This document shows positions 1 to 10,017 of a stretch of DNA of 64,000 nucleotides, in pieces (position 1 is the stretch's first letter; each line of letters opens with the position of its first letter). The notes beneath the pieces were generated by a model. That model was not told the origin of the DNA. It saw only the letters and a list, made by a program, of their open reading frames with translations, and did no database searches. Location of the stretch: assembly GCA_035550135.1 (NCBI GenBank), contig DASZQB010000084.1, positions 5,924-69,923 on the forward strand. The letters are read 5' to 3'. This DNA is from Verrucomicrobiales bacterium. Its GTDB lineage: Bacteria > Verrucomicrobiota > Verrucomicrobiia > Verrucomicrobiales > V1-33. The translations under genes were made by a program, and so were the position numbers.

Positions 1-1266
1 GGCGGCAACGCCCCGGGAAAGCTCAGCGAACCGCCCGCCGCAGTGCAAAAAGCCGAAGCCGATCGCGCCGACGCCATGCTTCCGCCCTTCGCGGACGGAC
101 ATGACGTCAAGAACCGCCGCGCCCTCCAGCTTTTCGAAAAACCCGACGATCTCTTCACCGGGTTCAGCGCTGTTTTCGGCAAACCGGCCGCTCCCTCTTC
201 GCCCCCGGAAAAGATTCAGGCCATCGATCAAAACGCCCGTCAAACCCGCCTGTTTAAAGGCATCCTCGAAGACACGCAGGTTTTGATGCGCAAAGCACAG
301 GCGACCCGCGGCGCGTATTGGAAAGAGGCGAACTTTTCCTCCGCGGAGAACTTCGAAAAGTCCGCGAAATCCTATCGCGAGCGCTTCTGGACTGACGTCA
401 CCGGCAAGCTCCCGCCCGCCACGCTGCCGCCAAATGCGAAAAGCCGCCCCATCTACGAGACTGACAAATTCACGGGCTGGGAAGTGACCCTGGATGTTTA
501 TCCTGACGTTTTTTCCTTCGGCATTCTTTTGTTGCCAAAGGACCTGAAACCCGGTGACAAGCGCGCCGTCATCGTCTGTCAGCACGGTCTTGAAGGAAGG
601 CCCTCCGATGTGGCCGATCCAAAGCAGGATAATCCAGCCTATCACGCCTATGCCGCGCGCCTGGCGGAGAAAGGTTACATCGTTTTCGCCCCTCAGAATC
701 CCTACATTGGCAAAACAGAATTCCGTCAGCTTTGCCGCAAGGCGTGGCCATTGGGCCTGTCGCTGTGGAGCTTTATTGTGCGGCAGCATGAAACCATCCT
801 CACATGGTTGAAGACCCTTCCTAACGTCGATCCCGCACGCATCGCCTTTTACGGCCTGAGTTACGGCGGGAAATCCGCGATGCGCCTTCCCGCGCTGCTA
901 ACGGATTATTGTCTCAGCATTTGCTCCGCCGATTACAACGAGTGGATCTGGAAGAATGTCGATGCCTCTTCCCCCATGTGTTACCTCTACAATCAGGAGT
1001 TCGACATGGTGGAATGGAATCTCGCCAACACCTTCAACTACGCTGAACTGAGCTGGCTCATCTTCCCGCGCCCCTTTATGGTCGAGCGCGGGCACGACGA
1101 CGGTGTGGGGTCGGACGAATGGGTGAGTTACGAGTTCGCGCGCACTTTCCGGCATTACAGCCGGCAGGGCCTCAGGGATCGTGCGGAGATCGAATTCTTC
1201 AACGGACCCCACACGATCAACGGGAAGGGCACGTTCCGCTTTCTCGACAAGTGGCTGGCGAAGTAA
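1..1266 (+). CDS. alpha/beta-hydrolase fold esterase/peptidase, probably 5'-truncated by the window edge
   Basis: Frame 1 is open from nt 1; the listed ORF begins at GTG 43. It has a GLSYGGK nucleophile elbow (GxSxG). Size and layout fit dienelactone-hydrolase/acetyl-esterase-type enzymes. Confidence 0.6.
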   Translation, partial: GGNAPGKLSEPPAAVQKAEADRADAMLPPFADGHDVKNRRALQLFEKPDDLFTGFSAVFGKPAAPSSPPEKIQAIDQNARQTRLFKGILEDTQVLMRKAQATRGAYWKEANFSSAENFEKSAKSYRERFWTDVTGKLPPATLPPNAKSRPIYETDKFTGWEVTLDVYPDVFSFGILLLPKDLKPGDKRAVIVCQHGLEGRPSDVADPKQDNPAYHAYAARLAEKGYIVFAPQNPYIGKTEFRQLCRKAWPLGLSLWSFIVRQHETILTWLKTLPNVDPARIAFYGLSYGGKSAMRLPALLTDYCLSICSADYNEWIWKNVDASSPMCYLYNQEFDMVEWNLANTFNYAELSWLIFPRPFMVERGHDDGVGSDEWVSYEFARTFRHYSRQGLRDRAEIEFFNGPHTINGKGTFRFLDKWLAK

Positions 1267-1281
1267 TCCGCCGGGCTTCCG

Positions 1282-1527
1282 TTAAGGTTTCGGAGGATTG
1301 ATGATCGTCGTATTCTTCTCCACCTTCTTCTCTTCCTTGGGCGGGTTGACGATGGTGGTGTTGTTTTCGACCTTCTTCTCTTCCTTCGGGGGAGTTACGA
1401 TGGTGGTATTAGTCTCCTTCTTTTCGGTGGTCTTCCCCCCCGGAGGATCCGAGTTGTCCACCTTCACATCACACGCTGTGAAAACGAACGGAAGGGCGGC
1501 AAGGGCAATGAATGGCAGTGTCTTCAT
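1282..1527 (-). CDS. small repeat lipoprotein (81 aa)
   Basis: The internal ATG (cat at 1525-1527) gives MKTLPFIALAALPFVFTAC, a signal peptide plus lipobox Cys. Three tandem 16-aa units follow (xNTTIVxPPKEEKKVE). The upstream part of the 156-aa ORF looks non-coding. Confidence 0.6.
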   Translation of the reverse strand: MKTLPFIALAALPFVFTACDVKVDNSDPPGGKTTEKKETNTTIVTPPKEEKKVENNTTIVNPPKEEKKVEKNTTIINPPKP

Positions 1528-1606
1528 ATATGCAGATCGCATTGGGTTTGAGAGCGTTAACCCGCTCTGTCCATGCCAATTGCAGTGAGCGTACCACACC
1601 CGGCGG

Positions 1607-2149
1607 TCACGGCCTGTCGATGTTCCATTTGATACGCTTTCTCTTTGCGGTGGCCGCCCAGACAAAAAGGCCAAAGAGAATGAGTATCGCGGTCCACAAT
1701 CCGTATCGCCCAAGCAACTCCCTTCGCCGCATTTGCCGCAGCATCTCTTCACCCATGCGGATTCTTGCGTCCATGGAGATGGGCTTGATCGCCGGCAGCG
1801 GCCCCGGTTCCGCGTTTTCTGTTAGGTGTCCTGCGATGCGCTCCTGCCGGTCCAGCCACAGGCGCTGACAGCCGCGGCACACTTCCAGTTCCAACTCCCG
1901 CTCCTTCATGGGAATGAGCACCGCCGCCATATCGCGCTGACATTCCGGACAAAGCGACCTGAGGCGCGGCGCGCGGGGCTCCAGCATGGCCGTCTCCCAA
2001 ATCCCGTTGGCGTGCGCCTCAGGAACGATGCGCCTGAACTGGCTGAAGTTGAGCGACTGTCCGCCGCATCCCGTGCAGCGCCATGCGATCCCGGTGCTGT
2101 GCTTGTCCGGGTTCAATGGGGTAATGCAGCGCGGGCACGTCATCGCCAT
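1607..2149 (-). CDS. double zinc-ribbon protein (TFIIB-type zf, CxxC...CxxCxxxWLD) with C-terminal TM helix
   Basis: Two zinc-ribbon units are visible: CPRC...CTGCGG and CPEC...CRGCQRLWLDRQE. The C-terminus carries a hydrophobic helix (LWTAILILFGLFVWAATA). Confidence 0.6.
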   Translation of the reverse strand: MAMTCPRCITPLNPDKHSTGIAWRCTGCGGQSLNFSQFRRIVPEAHANGIWETAMLEPRAPRLRSLCPECQRDMAAVLIPMKERELELEVCRGCQRLWLDRQERIAGHLTENAEPGPLPAIKPISMDARIRMGEEMLRQMRRRELLGRYGLWTAILILFGLFVWAATAKRKRIKWNIDRP

Positions 2150-2275
2150 GCCTCTTCACATGGCGCAGCGCGGGACTTTGTCCAGCGGGCGCAAGTCGCG
2201 ACTATCGTCATTGGCAATGGACGGCAGCGGAAAATCAATTTATTCCCCGGCAGGGCGGAGAGCATAACTCGCCGC

Positions 2276-2935
2276 ATGAACCAACCAGCGCCAACTCTGA
2301 ACACCGCCCTCCGTCCGATTCCATTGTGGCTGAAACTCGCCTGCACCGCCTTCGTCGCGGTGTTCCTTCCGGTTTACTGGCATTACTATGGCCCCACCAA
2401 CTTCCTCTATTTCTGCGATATCGCCCTGCTCCTGGCACTGACAGGAATGTGGACAGGCAATGCGCTGCTCATCTCCATGTGCTGCGTGGGCATTCTCCTG
2501 CCGCAGGCGCTGTGGTGTGTGGATTTCATCGTGGTGCTGTGCGGCGGACACCTGACAGGAATGACCGAATATATGGTGAAGGACACTTCACTCTTTCTGC
2601 GCGGCCTGTCGCTCTTCCATGGATGGCTGCCCTTTCTTCTTTTCTATCTGGTCAGGCGCACGGGTTATGACCGGCGCGCGCTGCCGCTGTGGACAGCACT
2701 GGCATGGGTGCTCTGCCTCATTTGTTATTTCATGCTTCCCGGACCCGCCAACATTCCCGGCGATCTGACGCCGCGAAATGTGAACTTTGTCTTTGGCATG
2801 AGCGAAACTGAGCCCCAAACCTTCATGCCTCCATCCCTTTACTTCATCTTGTGGCTGGCGGTGCTCCCGCTCGCCGTTTACTTACCGACACACTTCCTGC
2901 TTCGCCGCTTCATTCCCGCGCCGCGCTGCGCCTGA
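2276..2935 (+). CDS. polytopic membrane protein, unknown function
   Basis: ATG at 2276 is in frame with the longer ORF 1826..2935, whose first 150 codons overlap the opposite-strand zinc-ribbon gene and look non-coding. From MNQPAPTLN onward there are 5-6 hydrophobic helices. Confidence 0.55.
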   Translation: MNQPAPTLNTALRPIPLWLKLACTAFVAVFLPVYWHYYGPTNFLYFCDIALLLALTGMWTGNALLISMCCVGILLPQALWCVDFIVVLCGGHLTGMTEYMVKDTSLFLRGLSLFHGWLPFLLFYLVRRTGYDRRALPLWTALAWVLCLICYFMLPGPANIPGDLTPRNVNFVFGMSETEPQTFMPPSLYFILWLAVLPLAVYLPTHFLLRRFIPAPRCA

Positions 2936-2956
2936 TTTTGCCTCTCCGCCGTTCCC

Positions 2957-4243
2957 ATGAATCCATACGAAACGCCGTCCGCTTCCATTAACACCCCGAC
3001 TTCATCCACACCGCGCGGTTTCTGGAATCTGATGTTCACGCAGTTTCAGGGAGCGTTCAGTGACAACGCGCTGAAGTGGCTGGTGGTCTATCTCGTTTTC
3101 AAGATGGGCTTCAGCGATGAGAAGCAGGATTCTCTGGTGACCCTGGCGGGCGGGGTGTTTGCCGTGCCGTTCCTGCTTTTTTCCATGTGGGGCGGATGGC
3201 TTTCCGACCGGTTCAGCAAACGCACGGTGATGATGGGAGTGAAGGCGGCGGAAGCCGGCATCATGCTGTTCGCCGCCGTGGGCCTGTGGATGGAATCACT
3301 TCCTCTGCAAATGGCGGCCATCTGCCTGATGGGGGTGCACAGCGCGGTATTCGCTCCTGCGAAATACGGTATCCTGCCGGAGATCCTGCCGGCCTCGCGG
3401 CTTTCATGGGGCAACGGCATCCTGGAACTCCTGACCTTCGTGGCCATCATCGCGGGCACCGTGGCGGGAGGTTATCTGGCGGATGCACTCCACGGGCGTC
3501 AGGCGTGGTCAGGCATCCTGCTGGCGATCCTTGCCGCGGTGGGCTTCCTCACCAGTGTGGGCAGCCCGAAAGTGCCCGCCGCCGATCCGAAGAAGCCATT
3601 CGTCTGGAACTTTCCTGCAGAGATCTGGCGGCAGTTGAAGCGGATGAAACCCGACCGCGACCTGTGGCGCGCCAACCTGGGCAATACCGGCTTTTTCTAC
3701 ATTGCCGCGCTCGTGCAGTTGAACCTCGCGCTCTATGCGAAACAGGACTTCGGTCTTGGTCCCACGGAACAATCCTGGCTTCAGGCCGCGCTCTGCCTGG
3801 GGATCGGAGGCGGCAGTGCCTTCACCGGCCACTTCTCGCACGGACGCATCGCTTATGGTTTTATACCCGTGGGAGCCACCCTTATGGCGCTGGCATCGGT
3901 GGTCATGGGTATTCACGGGATCAGTCAGACAATGTTCACGGCGGCGCTGGCGGCACTGGGAGTGGGCAGCGGAATGTTCATCGTGCCGGTGGCGGCAGTG
4001 CTGCAGCACCGTCCGCCAGCGAACGAGAAAGGCGCCGTGCAGGGCGTGGCCAGTTGGGTCTCATGGATCGGCATTTTGGCTGCCTCGTTAACACTTGAGC
4101 TTCTTGGCAAAGTTTTTCGCCTCTCCCACGCTGAAGTTTTCTGGTTTTGCGGCGCCTGCGCGCTGGCAGCGGGTCTGTATGTTGCCAAATCGAGACCCGG
4201 CGCGATTAAGGATTTGTTCAGGCCGAAGACAGAAGGGTCCTGA
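2957..4243 (+). CDS. MFS transporter (LplT-like MFS_1 family)
   Basis: 428 aa with about 12 predicted TM helices. The motif GGWLSDRFSKR (the MFS loop 2-3 D-R-x-x-R-like motif) is present. Confidence 0.75.
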   Translation: MNPYETPSASINTPTSSTPRGFWNLMFTQFQGAFSDNALKWLVVYLVFKMGFSDEKQDSLVTLAGGVFAVPFLLFSMWGGWLSDRFSKRTVMMGVKAAEAGIMLFAAVGLWMESLPLQMAAICLMGVHSAVFAPAKYGILPEILPASRLSWGNGILELLTFVAIIAGTVAGGYLADALHGRQAWSGILLAILAAVGFLTSVGSPKVPAADPKKPFVWNFPAEIWRQLKRMKPDRDLWRANLGNTGFFYIAALVQLNLALYAKQDFGLGPTEQSWLQAALCLGIGGGSAFTGHFSHGRIAYGFIPVGATLMALASVVMGIHGISQTMFTAALAALGVGSGMFIVPVAAVLQHRPPANEKGAVQGVASWVSWIGILAASLTLELLGKVFRLSHAEVFWFCGACALAAGLYVAKSRPGAIKDLFRPKTEGS

Positions 4244-4323
4244 TTCGCGTTAAGACATGTCTTGTCTTTATTTCCGGACCTTGTTGAATCGGGTTCCTGA
4301 TTCATTCATCCCGAGTCCCGATT

Positions 4324-5493
4324 ATGATGATACAAACCCTCCTCCGCGGAGCGGCGGTGCTGCTGCTTCCCGCCCCCGCTGTCTTCGCCGGCACTCCGGC
4401 AATGCCTGACAAGTCACCGGCGCCTGTGTCACGCACCGCGGGCTGGCGCTTTTCCGCGGGATTGATGTATCGCTCGCTGGGAGGATTCGACTGGGTTTCA
4501 GGCACGCAGTCCACACCGGCACTGGTGACGATCGGGCCGGGTTCGAACACGGTGGGCATCGATGCCATCGGTCCGGCGAATGCATTTGCAGACAGGACAT
4601 ACACTGACGGATTTGTTTTTCAGGACGGAGGCACCGTGACCAACGGCGGTGATACCTGGTACTGGGGTTATAACAATGCCTCACAGGTCAGCGGAGACAC
4701 GATCAGTTTCCACGGGGGCAACGGAACCGCGGCCCAGACCACCGCCACGGACAACTATGAATCCGGCGCGTTCTCCAGCGACATCGACGGTGCATCTCCG
4801 TACGTGCAACTGGAATGGATAAAGCCATACAACGATTCTCTCAGCCTTGGACTTCAGGGAAGCTTCAGTTTTCTGAACACAGGGGCCTCCCAAAGTCTTT
4901 CCACGTTCACCGCGAGCAAGTCCCGCTCTGACTTCGCCATTACCTACACCGACACCTACAGCCTCGGCGGCGGCATCCCTCCGCAGGCGCCCTACGCGGG
5001 AGCTCTTCAGGGCCCCGGGTTTCTGCTGACTAACATCCCCCTGAACCGCGTGGCCTCGCAGGTGGCTGCCGGCGGGGAAACGGCAAACGCCTTCAACCGC
5101 ATCAATGCCGACTTCGATCTGAAATTGTATTCGCTCTCCCTTGGTCCGGTCATGGAATACCAGCACGGACCATGGGCCGTGCAGGCCAGCGCCGGACTCA
5201 CCGTCAATATCGCAGACTGGGATGCGGATCAGACGGAAACCCTTTTTGTCAGTCGCGACGGGGGGCCAGCCACCGCGCAGCAGACGTGGAAAAACGATGG
5301 GAGTGGCACCGAACTGAAGCCCGGGTTTTTCATTCAGGCGGGTGTAAGCCGGCAAATCAATGACGAATGGAGCGTCAATGTGTTTGGCCGCTACGATGTG
5401 ATCGGTGACATCGATGTGGACGCCGGACCATCCACAGGAACCGCGGATCTGAGCGGCTGGTCGGTGGGCGGAGGAGTGGGTTTCCGATTTTGA
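4324..5493 (+). CDS. outer-membrane beta-barrel protein
   Basis: It has a signal peptide (MMIQTLLRGAAVLLLPAPAVFAG). The body shows alternating amphipathic beta-strand patterns. The C-terminus ...GGGVGFRF ends in the aromatic residue typical of OMPs. Confidence 0.65.
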   Translation: MMIQTLLRGAAVLLLPAPAVFAGTPAMPDKSPAPVSRTAGWRFSAGLMYRSLGGFDWVSGTQSTPALVTIGPGSNTVGIDAIGPANAFADRTYTDGFVFQDGGTVTNGGDTWYWGYNNASQVSGDTISFHGGNGTAAQTTATDNYESGAFSSDIDGASPYVQLEWIKPYNDSLSLGLQGSFSFLNTGASQSLSTFTASKSRSDFAITYTDTYSLGGGIPPQAPYAGALQGPGFLLTNIPLNRVASQVAAGGETANAFNRINADFDLKLYSLSLGPVMEYQHGPWAVQASAGLTVNIADWDADQTETLFVSRDGGPATAQQTWKNDGSGTELKPGFFIQAGVSRQINDEWSVNVFGRYDVIGDIDVDAGPSTGTADLSGWSVGGGVGFRF

Positions 5494-5546
5494 ACCGTTC
5501 CTAACCGGACTGCCCCCGTCGATTTATCATCCCTTTTTTTCCGGCC

Positions 5547-8500
5547 ATGCACCGCGCATCCTTTTTTTTATTCGGGCTGTTCACGGCCTCCGCCATTGGC
5601 GCACCTGGCGACCTCGATGCAGGGTTTAATCCGAATGCAAACGATGGAGTAAATACGGTGGCCCTTCAGATAGACGGAAAAATAGTCGCCGGTGGCGAGT
5701 TCACATCCATTGGCGGGGCCACCCGTGTTGGTTTTGCCAGACTCAACACGAACGGGACGGCGGACGCGGGATTCGCCGGGCCCCTCTTTCTCGACACCAC
5801 CGAGGAGAGCCTTGCGTGCGCGGTGATGGCCGACGGGAGTATTCTATCCGGCAGAGGTGTCAGGGTGGCAGCCAACACGAGGTTCAACTTTGCGAAGTTT
5901 GGGACCAACGGAGTGGTGGATCAGAGCTTTGTCGCCCCAATCCTTGGCAATTGTTTCTCACTCCTCATTCAGGACGATGGCAGGATCATCGTAGGAGGCG
6001 ACTTCCGAAACGTCTCCGGAACAGGCCGCAACTATCTGCTGAGGCTCAACCCAGGCGGCAGCATCGATACCACTTTCAATCCCGGTGTATCCGGCACGAA
6101 TGCCTCGGTGTTCTCCATGGCCTGGCAACCGGATGGAAAATTCCTGATCGCGGGCCAAAACCTGTCGTCGGTGGGAGGCGTGTCCCGCACCATGATCGCC
6201 CGTCTCAATGCGAACGGAACGCTGGACACGTCCTTCAATACCTCGTTCACCGGCAATAGTCCTCAATTACGCTGCATCGCGGTGCAACCGGACGGAAAGA
6301 TTATTGTGTGCGGGGCCTTCGAAACCGTGGGAGGACTGCAGCGCCGTAACATGGCGAGGCTCAATCCAAACGGGTCTCCAGACGCGCAGTTCGCCTCTCC
6401 TTTTACGACGGGCGGATCCATCGCTTCGTGCGCGGTCCTGACGGATGGCCACATTGCGGCCGGCGGTGCGTTCGAAACCGCCGGCGGTATAGCCCGCAAT
6501 GACTTCGTCATGCTCAATGCGAACGGGAGCGTGGATACCACCTTCGGCGCCTCCGTGAGCGGATCCATCGCCGGGCTTACGGTGCAAACCGATGGACGAA
6601 TCATTTTTGCCGGTCCGTTTTCTTTTCAATCCGGCAGCACGGAACGCAACGGAATGGCGCGCATTGCGGGATTTCCGGTCACGCAAACGCTCGAAGCGAC
6701 CAGTCCTTCGCGCGTTCGCTGGCGCAGAGGAGGCGGATCGCCGGAAGTGCTGCGGGTGAGGTTTGAGTTGTCCACAGACGGCGGCAATCAATGGAGCGAT
6801 CTCGGCGAGGGAACAAGAATTGCGGGCGGATGGGAAAGAACAGGGCTTACGCTCCCAGCCACGGGCCGTCTTAGAGCGCGTGCATCGATGGGGCACGGGT
6901 TGGGCAATGGCTCAGTGGGCCGTCTGGAAAGTGTGGCGGCCTTCACACTCGCGCCGGAGATCGCCATACGCGATGGTGCGTCAGACACCGCACCGGAAAT
7001 CATCGACGGACAAACCCAGACGCTGGGCTTTGGCACGACGCGATTGGGTACTCCCCTGGCCCGCGGCCTCACACTTTTCAATCCGGGGAACGCCGATCTG
7101 AATGTCACCGCCATCGCGACGCCCGCTGGTTTTTCAGTGACTGGATTGCCGGTTCTACCAGTGGCGGTGGCACCCGGACAGTCGCTTCCTTTTCAAGTGA
7201 TCCTCCCGGCGACCGCTCCCGGCGCCTTCACAGGCGAAGTGACAATCGCATCGGATGATGCCGATGAATCGACCTTCAACTTTACAGTGAGCGGGCTGGT
7301 GGTGACTCCGGAGATTCTCGTGCGGGATGGCACGACCGCCGCCGCACCTGAGCTCACGGATGGTCAGGCAGCGCCTGTCGATTTCGGAATTGCAAGACAA
7401 GCGAGTCCCGTCATCCGCGGTTTCACCATCGCGAACGCCGGCACTGCCCCTCTGGTGTTGAGCGCGCTCACCGCACCCGCAGGCTTTACGATTCTGAACC
7501 CGCCAGCCCTTCCGGCGACGATAGAGACGGGTGAATCCCTGGCTCTGAGCGTGCGCCTTGATGCGGCGGCAACTGGAGTGTTCCCAGGCAGCATTTCCCT
7601 AACCAGTGATGATTTCGATGAGGCCGTCTTCGACTTTCCCGTCAGCGGGACAGTGGTGACGCCCGAAATCGCTGTGCATGACGGCGCTTTGGCTGGTCAG
7701 CAACTGACAGACGGCCAGACTGTCCCGGTGGATTTTGGAAGGAACGTGCAGGGCAGTCCGGGGACGCGAGGGTTCACGATCGTGAATACCGGAACGGTGG
7801 AACTGAAAGTCAACGGGGTAGCGATGCCGCCGGGATACACACCGCTGAACCTGCCGGGATTTCCCCTGATCGTTGGCATCAATCAGCCGATGACATTCCA
7901 GGTGAGCCTTGCAACGACGGCGGTGGGCACTTACGCGGGCAACATCATCATCGCGAGCGATGACCTCGATGAATCCGAGTTCGATTTTCCCGTTACCGGC
8001 TCGGTCTTTATCCCTGATCCTGGAAGCAGCGCATTGAACGCCGCCACGAAGCTCAACCGGCAGACGGGACTACACGAGCAGACCATTCATCTTGTGAACG
8101 ACACCACAGCCACGGTGCCGGCTTACAATCTCATTATCCGCGGCCTGCCTGCGGGAGTGGAGGTGAACAACGCGAGTGAAACACGCGCGGATGGCTCCGT
8201 AGTGGTGTACATCCGCCAGGGGATGCAGCCGCATTCGACACAGGACATTATGATTGAGTATTACTCCGCGGACCGGTCGGCGGTTGAAATCAATCCGCAG
8301 TTTTCGACGGAGGTGGTGCTCAATCCACCCGACCTTACAGCGCCCGCAGAGGAAACCGGCCTGGCGATCGAAAAAGTGACCCGGCTCGGCGGTGGCGAAG
8401 TGCTGCTCGAATTCACGTCAGAGCCGGGCAAACGCTATCAATTGCAGTATTCCGCAGACGGCCAGTCCTGGCAGAACAGTCTGCCGGCGATTCGCGCGGC

Positions 8501-8603
8501 GGGGAATCGCACGCAGTGGATTGACCGCGGTCTGCCGCGCACGGACAGTCCTCCGTCGCAGGCTGCAACCCGGCTCTACCGGGTGCGGGAACTCGCGCCG
8601 TGA
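5547..8603 (+). CDS. large secreted delta-60-repeat / choice-of-anchor-D surface protein
   Basis: A signal peptide is followed by about 6 repeats of the type DxxFNPxxxGxVxxxAxQxDGKIxxGGxF (delta-60/beta-propeller). Then come three 116-118-aa choice-of-anchor-D-like repeats, and a C-terminal module with the YxLQxS...W...LYRVR pattern. Confidence 0.75.
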   Translation: MHRASFFLFGLFTASAIGAPGDLDAGFNPNANDGVNTVALQIDGKIVAGGEFTSIGGATRVGFARLNTNGTADAGFAGPLFLDTTEESLACAVMADGSILSGRGVRVAANTRFNFAKFGTNGVVDQSFVAPILGNCFSLLIQDDGRIIVGGDFRNVSGTGRNYLLRLNPGGSIDTTFNPGVSGTNASVFSMAWQPDGKFLIAGQNLSSVGGVSRTMIARLNANGTLDTSFNTSFTGNSPQLRCIAVQPDGKIIVCGAFETVGGLQRRNMARLNPNGSPDAQFASPFTTGGSIASCAVLTDGHIAAGGAFETAGGIARNDFVMLNANGSVDTTFGASVSGSIAGLTVQTDGRIIFAGPFSFQSGSTERNGMARIAGFPVTQTLEATSPSRVRWRRGGGSPEVLRVRFELSTDGGNQWSDLGEGTRIAGGWERTGLTLPATGRLRARASMGHGLGNGSVGRLESVAAFTLAPEIAIRDGASDTAPEIIDGQTQTLGFGTTRLGTPLARGLTLFNPGNADLNVTAIATPAGFSVTGLPVLPVAVAPGQSLPFQVILPATAPGAFTGEVTIASDDADESTFNFTVSGLVVTPEILVRDGTTAAAPELTDGQAAPVDFGIARQASPVIRGFTIANAGTAPLVLSALTAPAGFTILNPPALPATIETGESLALSVRLDAAATGVFPGSISLTSDDFDEAVFDFPVSGTVVTPEIAVHDGALAGQQLTDGQTVPVDFGRNVQGSPGTRGFTIVNTGTVELKVNGVAMPPGYTPLNLPGFPLIVGINQPMTFQVSLATTAVGTYAGNIIIASDDLDESEFDFPVTGSVFIPDPGSSALNAATKLNRQTGLHEQTIHLVNDTTATVPAYNLIIRGLPAGVEVNNASETRADGSVVVYIRQGMQPHSTQDIMIEYYSADRSAVEINPQFSTEVVLNPPDLTAPAEETGLAIEKVTRLGGGEVLLEFTSEPGKRYQLQYSADGQSWQNSLPAIRAAGNRTQWIDRGLPRTDSPPSQAATRLYRVRELAP
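6954..8009 (+). repeat. three tandem in-frame domain repeats (354, 354 and 348 nt) inside the 5547..8603 CDS
   Basis: Units start at the PEI(A/L)(I/V) codons at 6954, 7308 and 7662. Each ends ...(I/L)(A/T)SDDxDExxF(N/D)FxV(S/T)G. Confidence 0.8.
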
Positions 8604-8612
8604 GACTGCGGA

Positions 8613-9161
8613 TCACGCCGGAGCGAATGACTTGGTCATGCGCACCACAGGAAGCATCAGGCCGTTGGACAGCAGGACTTCGCAGCGCTCCACCACGGCA
8701 TAACCAAACGAAGCGTAAAGAGGTTCGCCGGTCAGGGTGCCCACGAGTTCCGCATTTTTGAAACCGGCGGACTGAAGAGCGGACTCGCATGCTTCCAAAA
8801 TGCTCCGGCCGATGCCGCGGCGCGTCCATACGGGGTGAACGAAGAAGGCTCGAATGCGGGCCGCATCCTGGGCGGGATCAAGAAGTTCGTCTCCGCCCGG
8901 GCGGTCACGGTCGCCGCCAAAGACCGCCTTACGCTTGCTCCAGCCGCCGCAGCCGGCGATTTCGCCGCCGTGTTCTGCGACAAAATAAGTGCCGTCGCGA
9001 ATGAGGTGCCGGTCCACTCCGAAGACCGGGCCAAGGGCGGCGTCCAGTTGTTCCGTGGTGTAACAGGACGTCATCAATCCCCGCACGGATAAAGTGATCA
9101 ATTCCTCCAGTGCTGCAATGTCCGCCTCGCGGGCCGGTCGGAGAGGAAAGTCGTGGTTCAC
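8613..9161 (-). CDS. GNAT family N-acetyltransferase
   Basis: 182 aa. The acetyl-CoA-binding motif A is present (VHPVWTRRGIGRSIL, of the R-x-x-G-x-G type). Confidence 0.75.
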   Translation of the reverse strand: MNHDFPLRPAREADIAALEELITLSVRGLMTSCYTTEQLDAALGPVFGVDRHLIRDGTYFVAEHGGEIAGCGGWSKRKAVFGGDRDRPGGDELLDPAQDAARIRAFFVHPVWTRRGIGRSILEACESALQSAGFKNAELVGTLTGEPLYASFGYAVVERCEVLLSNGLMLPVVRMTKSFAPA

Positions 9162-9311
9162 GTGCTCCGGATAGCAGGAACCTCCTTTCGATCAAGCCGA
9201 TGTGATATGGTGCGCGCGGATAAGGCGTGAAAATGAAGGGAGCCGGCTCGCCATGGTCCTTTACCTGACGTGCCGGCTCCGGTGGATGAGGAAGCGTGTT
9301 GGTTTCTGCCA

Positions 9312-9881
9312 TTAGCGCGCGCCAGTGGCTTCCAAAACGTCCGTGCGCAGGAATCGCGGGCGCAGAGATTCTTCATCTCCGCTTTCACCGTTATTCCTTT
9401 TGCACTGGCTTTGGAGCATCGTGGCGATGCCGGTCAGTTCGTCGTTTGCCGAGCTTTCCTCTTCCAGCGTTTCCGCCAGAAGCGCAGCGTCTTCTTCCTC
9501 ACCCAAACTCTCCGCATAGGCCCGGGCCGTTCCGTAGCCTGCGATTTCATAGTGCTCGACGCGCTGGCACGCCGAGATGATCCCAAGATCATAAATAATG
9601 CCGTCCGCCTCGCGGTCGATCATCCGTTCGCACGCGGTGAGGACGCCTTCCATCGCCCTGCATCTGTCCACCTCGCGCCGCTCCCCGTGTTTTCGCAGGA
9701 TGCGATTCAGCCGGTCGATATGGTCACGGGTTTCCTCCAGATGATTCCTTAGCGCCATCTTCAGATCCGGGCTGCAGGCGCATTCGATCATTTCCGGAAG
9801 GGCAGTACGGTTCAGGGATTCGGCGCTGTGCAAGTCCTGCAGTTCGCGGATATAGAGATCGTAGAGGGACCGGAATTTCAT
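9312..9881 (-). CDS. DUF892/YciE-type ferritin-like protein
   Basis: Starting at the internal ATG (cat 9879-9881) gives MKFRSLYDLYIRELQDLHSAE...ALPEMI...LKMALRNHLEETRDHIDRL, which matches the YciE-family pattern. The 33 upstream codons look non-coding. Confidence 0.7.
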   Translation of the reverse strand: MKFRSLYDLYIRELQDLHSAESLNRTALPEMIECACSPDLKMALRNHLEETRDHIDRLNRILRKHGERREVDRCRAMEGVLTACERMIDREADGIIYDLGIISACQRVEHYEIAGYGTARAYAESLGEEEDAALLAETLEEESSANDELTGIATMLQSQCKRNNGESGDEESLRPRFLRTDVLEATGAR

Positions 9882-10017
9882 GGGGGGACGGAGGGAAAAT
9901 CCGATGTGCAATATCCGGGCCAGAAACGGCGGGACCCCGAAAACCCGGAAAACCCCGGGGCCCCTCCATGCATCGCGCATCGCGCAAATTGCAAAAAGCC
10001 AGTCCAGCGCCGGTGAA

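Noticed and set aside
4252-4263. Perfect 12-bp palindrome AAGACATGTCTT between the MFS and OMP genes, considered as an operator or terminator
   Set aside because: About 16 perfect 12-bp palindromes are expected by chance in 64 kb. It has no loop for a hairpin and no second half-site or T-run of note.
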